A DNA stretch of 56,201 nt from Girardia tigrina (lineage: Eukaryota), in assembly GCA_001938485.1 (NCBI GenBank), contig MQRK01236706.1:1-56201 (forward strand), in the 5' to 3' direction. A model generated the notes under the pieces. That model saw only the letters and a list, made by a program, of their open reading frames with translations. It searched no databases and was not told the DNA's origin. Within the stretch, counting starts at the first letter, position 1. The number at the start of each line of letters is the position of its first letter. Of this stretch, positions 48,860 through 56,201 are shown one piece after another. The position numbers were made by a program, and so were the translations under genes.

Positions 48860-51800
48860 GAATAAATTATACCACTCTAGGTTCACACATCAGTGGGTCA
48901 TTTGGGATGATCTGAAAGTAATCGGGCAGCTGCTAAGTATACAGAGTGACTATACAAAGTATTGTTGTTTCCTGTATAAGTGGAATAGCAGAGCAAGAGA
49001 ACAGCATTACATCAGACAAGACTAACCACAAAGAGAGATGCTACAGCCTGGGTGTATTAATGTCAGCTATCTACCATTAGTGGATCCCAGGAAGAGACTG
49101 CTGCCGTCACTGCATATTAAACTAGGGCTAATGAAGGCAATGGATCGAGGTGCCGCTGGTTTCCGGTCCTTGTAGGAGAGGTTTCCGCACATAAGCCAAG
49201 TGAAACTAAAGGAAAGAATCTTTGTTGGGCTACAAATTCGTAAAGTTACGTTGGATCAAAACTTTGACGCAGCACTTAAGCCAGATTAACTTGAAGCGTG
49301 GAAAATCTTAAAAGCCGTCATCACACTGTTTCTCAGGAATGTAAAGAATCTAAATTACCAACTCATAATCAATAACCTCCTACAGTCCTACAAGCGTTTA
49401 AGATGCAATATGTCCCTTAAAATTCATTTTCTCTACTCTCACCTAGATGTTGCGGTCGGAAATCCATTAAAACATTACAATATATTCACAAACACGCAAA
49501 CATTAGCACCCAGCACACAGAAAGAAAGAAAAGTCAGCAAATTTTATACATGTATTTAATGCTTACAACATATAGACAAATCCACAACTGCCGAGACACC
49601 CCAGAAAGTCAGTATGACATCGAAGATATTGGTTGTGAGCTAAAAATACATCATAAAGAAAAAAACAGACAAAGTCGAATAAAAACTCACCCGATAAAAA
49701 AGGACGAACAACCGCCCCAGTTAAGTACTACAAAGGGGGGTCTGCGAAAGCAAACCGTCGATGTCTGAAGAACCCGCAGGTAGAGGTAATAAACCCTAAA
49801 AGAATAAGAAATCAATTAAAATAAACACAAAAAATTAATAAAGTCGCCTACCGAATTATCCATTAGAGCTGAGAGGTCAACCGACACCCTCGGCGTAGCC
49901 CCTTGCGAGACGGATCCATGGGCAGAGCGTGTAAGATAACAGCGGATCCTTGAAAGAAATTATTCACCCTTAAAGAAAAAAAATTAATTAAAAAAAATAA
50001 GACAAAAATTAACAAAGTCACCTACTGGATTATCCAATGAAGCTACGGAGTCAACCGACCCTCCCACGAAAGATCTTCGCGCGGGCAATCCGTGGACAAA
50101 ACCCGCGAATTCGTAGGTCACTCTGAGAAAAGTTATAGGCCCTTAAAGGTCAAACAATTAATTAAGAAAAATAGAAAATTAATTAATCTTACCATGAGTC
50201 AACTCAGAATCTGAAAATAATCGTCAGCTGACGAATCATCCATGAATTAGCAGCAGGCATGTTTCAGATATTTGGGAGTGTGTAAAGACACACGAGCATT
50301 AGATCCTATAATAAAATAAAAAAGTTTTAAAATTTTCGAAAATTTTTAGAAACACACTTACCAGTCTAACCAACCAGCATCGCAGAAATCTCAGACAGTT
50401 GGTTGGCGAGATTCAGTTGGACAGAGGAGGACGACAGGATAGCATATCTACAATATAAAAGGAAAATCATTTTTTACCAAGTCGCACAAAAAATTTTGAA
50501 CTAGAGAAACCGAATCTACGTTACACGTTACGCCAATATATTAGAAGAATCTCGATATACAAGCATCAAACCGACGAGGAGAACGACAATCTATCCAAAG
50601 AAGCCGGCGATACCATCCAACGGAAAATTGTTTACCGAATTCACGAGGGAACGACCGAGAAAGACACTTCACTTAACCGACGTGTCGACGAGCGAAAAGG
50701 ACACTTCAATTAACTGACGTGTCGACGAGCGAGAAAGATAAACAGACAAACCGATATTGTTGATCGAGATACACTCCGGGACCCGTTGAGATCCTTTCAT
50801 TGTAAATAATTTTGTTGATTTCGTTTGCGTTTATTTCCTTAATATTGGTTAATTTATTACGTCAAATAAATGTGTTTACTGATGATGCGTTTAACTTTTA
50901 AATCCAATTAACCCGTAAATCCGAAACCCGGCCATCTAGCGCCTCCGTCTAGGCGGGTTTCTTTCCCGTCGTCGTCGCCGTCCCAATGAATCCTGCGGAA
51001 ATCCATATAAATTTCGGCAATCCGTCGAAAGCGACCTCTAATCCAAATCGGAGTGTCCCCTTAAGGATATAATTTGATAAATTAAAGCAAACCTCTCCTG
51101 AGAACAATTTTGATAATTTTATATAAAATAGATTTTATTTGTTATGAGTTTTGTCATTCCTTTGAAAAAGAAAAAGGGAGAGAATCTGGAAAATTTATAG
51201 TAATATTTTTCTGTAGCAAGCTTAAATAGGGAAAAATTCTTAGGATTATTATAACGATTTATTGCTATTTCTATGACAAATAATTTGACTTTATTATCGA
51301 ATATTTACTTAAATTAGGATTGTTATAATGCTTCGTTGCGATTTTTTATGGCAAATAGTTGACTTATTTAGCTTTTATTTAAACCGCTTTGTTGAGAACT
51401 AAACTCTCTAATAATTTCGATAAATATCGCGGTAATAACTTCATTTATTGACTGTTACCATTGTAAATGAAATTAAAATTCTTATAAAATTTTATGTTGA
51501 TAAACTTTTATTATAAATTTCTACCCGATGGTAAATATTTCTACAATAATTTATTTGTAAATAAGAAATGGAATCTCCCAATGAATCCGATAATAATTCC
51601 GTCTTTTATAAATTTTATTATTATCATGAATAAAAATTTTCTTAAGCGAGAATTTCCTCTATTTAATGGATTTAAGTAGAATTTTGAAAATCATAAAATT
51701 AATTACTTTTATGATGAATTTATTTTATGATGAAATTTTGCAATTCACCGATTTTACCAAACTTACTTACCGACTTTATAATTTAATTTTTAATGAATGA

Positions 51801-52730
51801 ATAAATTTTACATGAATTTTCTTTATTTTATCGGTACAAATTTATTTTAACGAGCATACTCTACAATCCTGAGCATAGGAATTTATCAATTTTATTTTTA
51901 ATCCGTTTTATAAAATAAGAAAAGTGCCGATATTCTTGTAGCGAATCATGAAAGAAAGGTTTTACGAAATTATAGCGTACAAAATGGAGGTTAGAGTCTC
52001 ATAATGGGCGAGCTCTTATTAAACGACTGAAAGGTTGAGGACTGTAAGTCTGAATGAACCAGACCCGTTATTGACAAATCCATGTTACCTTGATATTGAT
52101 ACAATAAAGTTTAAGAATCAATATGAACTACTGTTGAGACAAATGTACACTAGCTAAGGAGGCACCCTACTACTTCCATGCTACACAAATATGTTTGCGA
52201 CAGTGTTGCAAATTTGTTATCATCATGCGCAAGTCTCTCACACAACACAATACAGTAACCACCAGCCCATGTGCGAACATATCTATAGACATACTCCTAT
52301 CGATACTGACCCAGGTAGGGGGCCCACAGCTCATCCTACCTTTAACTGAACCCGAAGGCCCCTTGAGCTTGGCACTGCTAGGCAGATGTCAAGCAAGATA
52401 GGAGGCGTCCGACCCTATATATAATGTCATTAAAATCGAAGTAAATTTAGAGTGGGTTGTGGTTGACCCTTAACAACCACTAGGGGCTCAAGAGCTTTTA
52501 AAAATGTTTACACTCGAGAGAGTCGTGACATAGACTTCTTTCTTGCTAACCTTGGTGACGTCAGTGACGAACATGGGGAAAGATTTCACCAGAATATTGG
52601 TTGCTTGGAAAATCGTTATCAAGGCAAATGAAGTCAGGCTATGTTGGTAGACTACAGCTGGACTCTGAAGAGGGACACTACAGCCACTGGGTACAAGCGA
52701 AAGAGCAGTGGCAAGATGTTCTGAGGTGGC
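48860..52730 (+). mobile_element. Degenerate Chapaev3-like (CMC) DNA transposase split by a 3-kb solo LTR
   Basis: DLKVIG..YTKYCCFL..W.SRAREQHY, LHIKLGLMK and CNMSLKIHFLYSHLD up to 49447 resume at 52531 as DFFLANLGDVSDEHGERFHQ...YKRKS. Family name is from recalled motifs. Confidence 0.7.
49448..52530 (-). mobile_element. 3,083-bp solo LTR with 4-bp TSD (TAGA) and multiple internal short introns
   Basis: TG...CA termini; TAGA at 49444-49447 and 52531-52534; interrupts the HLD|FF codons of the transposase; ATTAAA at 49560-49555 on the minus strand. Confidence 0.85.
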
Positions 52731-52849
52731 GAGTGGGTACAAGAAGCTCATCCTTTCCCTGCAACTTAGACAACATTGTTTTTGAATGTAGCACAAAATT
52801 TGTAACACTGTAATGAATTGTTATCATATAAAGATGCAGTATTTATTTT

Positions 52850-53450
52850 GTCTTACAACCAGGGTAGCTGTATAAGAAAAAACTAGAGGTTCTGGGCAGA
52901 AAATAATAAAGTATTCGTTATCAACAAGTGCGATTTAGTGGGAAAAAATGATTTTCATAAAAGAAACAGACAAAAAGTTAAAATTTGTTGATTAGTGTTA
53001 TCAGTTTAGATCGACTTTTCATTACAAGTGGCAGTTCGATTCAAAAATTTATTACATTTATAATGAGAAAACACCCAAACGTTTTTTTCTGCTTTTCCTT
53101 CTAGTCATGTGCAATTCTTTTATCCTACTTTTTCACTTTATCATTTTTTCACGTGATTCAATATTGTTTGCTTTGAAACAGCAAACGTTAGCGATAAGTC
53201 ATGAGCACTTTGTGATTGATCCAACGCCACAGTTATCTTCAATTCGTTATTGTCTACCTACGTTTTTTGGAGACGCCAAGACTCTTTTATGAGACTAAAA
53301 TTACCTTTCAACAATTTCCTGAAGCAATTCGAGACTGTCTATAGCATAGTAGTATTGCATTTTAAAACACTATTGATGTTTCGCATAGTTTATGATGATA
53401 AGGTTCACGTAAGAAATAGTACTTCATTATAGTTCCAATTTCTCTCTTTC
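52850..53450 (-). mobile_element. Degenerate mariner transposase remnant
   Basis: FRKLLKGNFSL...VDNNELKITVALDQSQSAHDLSLTFAVSKQTILNH resembles the mariner HTH region. Confidence 0.6.
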
Positions 53451-54021
53451 CAATTTTTAAAATACAGATTATTAAAACAAGTTATAAATAATTTTAGTTA
53501 ATTTTTAATGATGTGTTCAATAGCCAAGATATTGCAATCAAACAGAAAAACACTGACGTCCAAAATGTTAGCTCATTGGCAAATTATAACTATTTGAATT
53601 TATTATAATCATACCTACAAACTTCATTCTTGATAATAATCACTAATCAAAATTTATAATAAAAACGTATTTTATTTTGCTTGATGTTTTTTTATTTAAT
53701 TTTCTAATTTAAACAACATTTTGGAAACGTATTTCTTTTTCTACGAAGTTACATTAGGTTTATTAAAATTCTGTCCAGAAGCAATTCGTAATTATTTCAC
53801 TGATTCTATTATGAATAAGAATAAGAAATCTGTTTGACCAAAAACATTTCTTCTTCTTATAATATTTATAATTAAATTACCGACTAATTTGATGTTTTTC
53901 TTTACAAAAAGATTTTTGAAATATTAATCAGAAATAATAGACAATTACTTAAAACTAATTAATTATTAATTAAATAAATTAATTATTAATTCAAATTTTT
54001 TTATAGTCAGATTATTGCAAA

Positions 54022-54105
54022 TTAAGAGGTTTCTCGTTTGACAACCTTCAACAAAATTGGTTTAATGGGTGAAGAAAGTCCGGATTTTTTGAATTGAATC
54101 TTTTC
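54022..54105 (-). CDS. CYP gene C last exon ([27 protein letters not shown])
   Basis: Paralog of 21655-21738, TAA stop. Confidence 0.9.
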   Translation of the reverse strand, partial: EKIQFKKSGLSSPIKPILLKVVKRETS

Positions 54106-55981
54106 CTGAAATTTCAAAGCATTTATATTTTATAGTAACAGATATTATTACCAATGTTTCTGGACAAGTCACCAGTTCGAACTTCTGTAGAAGACTGACA
54201 ATGGCCCATTTCGTTTCGAGTAAAGCGAATCTCATCCCAACACAATTCCTCGGGCCCATTCCAAATGGCATAAACGAATATGGACTGTTGAGTTTTTTAT
54301 TTTCCAGACTAAATCTGGAATTAAAATTTTTACAAATTAAATTCAATAATAATCTCCTTTTAAATATTAATTTATGTAAAATTAAAGATATAAAAAATAT
54401 TCGAAATGAGTTTTTAATAAAATACTACAGTTTAAAAAAATACAAAATTAAATATTTCAAAAATAATAAAATTTACATTCAAGTAAACTATATTTATATT
54501 TACAATTTATTTGAATATTATTGGTTTGCGAGAGAAAATAGAAAAAAGTGTTCCTTAGAAATTTATGTAAATAAAACTTGTTTAAATATTTTTTTACATT
54601 GTTATCAATAAATAAAAGTTTTAAAAATGTCTTCATTTGAGTTTTTATCGCAAAACAACCACGAACCCAACAGATGATTTGGATGATAAATGTAAACAAA
54701 TTTAAAAATTTCTGTATTCTGAGTGTTTTTATAATTTGTTAATTCGATGATAATCGACTTTGCAGTGCGATTTAGAAGAGCGTTCCTGAAAATGGCATTG
54801 TTAATTAAACAAACCCAGGAAAAAATGAATTTATGGATAGGATCAGATACTTCACTGGTATTTCTTAACAAAGTTTAGAAGGTGTATAAATTGTTGCTGC
54901 TGAAGGGAAGTAACAATATCCCCAGTCGACTTTTCTCACCGACTGCGCGGAAAATCTCTACACGGGAGGTAAAGGCTATAAATTTTATTTTTGTGGTGTA
55001 ATAATAAACATTCTTAATATTCTTTGTCTTTATATGATCTTTTTATTTCAACGTAAGACATGAATTTAAGACATTACGTAAGCAGAAGTTGTTGATTAAA
55101 ATTAAGATGCAAAAAATATTTACATTTAAGTAAAAATTTTTTATATTTTATTTAAATATTTATATTTTATAAAAATGAAAAATTCTCAAGTTAAAATGAA
55201 AAAATATTTTCTTTTGTAAATATTTAAAAAAACATGGTAATTATACTAATGATTTGGAAAATTATACTAATGACTTGGAAATGACATACATATATAAAAT
55301 ACATAGGTTTGTAATTATCCTCACATTCACAATGGAATAAATAATAAAATTAATAAAATTAAAATTGATAAACTTAATAAATGATCGTTGCAGTGATATT
55401 TATTCATTGTTCACTCTTTTGAAAACCAAGAAGTAATATAATAATAATTAAATAAAAATATGAACAAACTTACAAAAGAAAACGAAGTATCAGAAAAGTA
55501 ATTTAGTTTCGTTTATAAAACTTTTTAATAAAATCTTCAATATCAAAAAGTTTGCCTATATTTTCCACTAATTATTATAAAATTTATTTTTTTTAATTTT
55601 TAAGTCAAATTTAGATTTATTAATTTATTAATTTAGATTTCGAAGTAATTAATCTAGCAATATTTTTTGTTTGTAGACCTCTTCGTAGAAATTTTTAATT
55701 TTTTGATTCATAGATTATATATTTAATAATTTAATTTACCTCTCTGGATCAAAAACATCTGGATCCGGCCATATTGATGGATCTGTATGTATAGCATAAA
55801 TAGGCACGCTGAAAACGTCACCTTTTCTAGCAATAATTGTTTCATTATCAGATGTTACTAACGTAACGTCTTGCGTACATGTTCGATCAATTCTTGATGC
55901 CGGTGGACACATCCTCAAGGTTTCACAAACAACGGAATCCAAATAAGGCATATTCATCAGTACTTCGTATTTTATTACTCC
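54022..55981 (-). CDS. Cytochrome P450, CYP3 clan, gene C; 3' part (last three exons), 5' part beyond the right edge
   Basis: Exons 55981-55740 (ETLR, PERF), 54314-54152 (heme motif) and 54105-54022 (stop) have the same sizes as gene A exons 9-11. Confidence 0.92.
54152..54314 (-). CDS. CYP gene C heme-binding exon
   Basis: [15 protein letters not shown]. Confidence 0.94.
55740..55981 (-). CDS. CYP gene C exon equivalent to exon 9
   Basis: [27 protein letters not shown]...FDPER. Confidence 0.93.
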
Positions 55982-56084
55982 CTTAGTATACATAAAAATA
56001 ATCAATAGTGATTCGTAGATCAATATAAGTATCTTATCTATATATTTTCAGGTGACCACTATTTTCAAACTTTTGAAATAAATT

Positions 56085-56201
56085 ATTAGGTTGGTCGAAA
56101 AATAATGGCGGTTTTGGGACACAAACTTCAAAGACGTGCAAATTCACAGAAACAAAGGTTTATTAATCAAAGTATGAACCGTTGGCATCAATACATTTTT
56201 G
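56085..56201 (-). mobile_element. cecropia-type mariner 3' end with TIR, in an intron of gene C
   Basis: Same TIR as 48527; minus strand reads KCIDANGSYFD*. Confidence 0.9.

Noticed and set aside
54640-54980. Possible piggyBac terminus and N-terminal remnant (also about 13080-13115)
   Set aside because: Only a weak TIR-like motif, with no partner end or catalytic motif.

Overview
Very AT-rich, repeat-laden eukaryotic scaffold with three N-gaps. A planarian-type flatworm is my inference, from the 41-56 nt introns and the cecropia-type mariners; it is not proven. The host content is a tandem array of three minus-strand CYP3-clan (CYP3A-like) cytochrome P450 genes. Gene A is complete (11 exons, 45757->21655, 514 aa). 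Gene B shows exons 1-5 (14811->1277) and runs off the left edge. Gene C shows its last three exons (55981->54022) and enters from the right edge. Long introns and spacers are filled with transposon relics: Ty3/Gypsy, RTE LINE, Penelope-like GIY-YIG, Tc1/IS630, mariner, a Chapaev3-like transposase and MITEs. The most unusual structure is a 3,083-bp TG...CA solo-LTR-like insertion with a 4-bp TAGA target-site duplication (49448-52530). It carries a train of five or six short spliceosomal introns (five of them 51-56 nt) between apparently non-coding exons, and diverged relatives at 16.6-17.5 kb keep the same splice sites. Other points: an exon-limited gene-conversion signal in the heme-binding exon, a conserved nuclear-receptor half-site upstream of two CYPs, a phased RFX X-box array and a Penelope fold-back junction. 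All family assignments come from motifs recognised by eye, without database searches.
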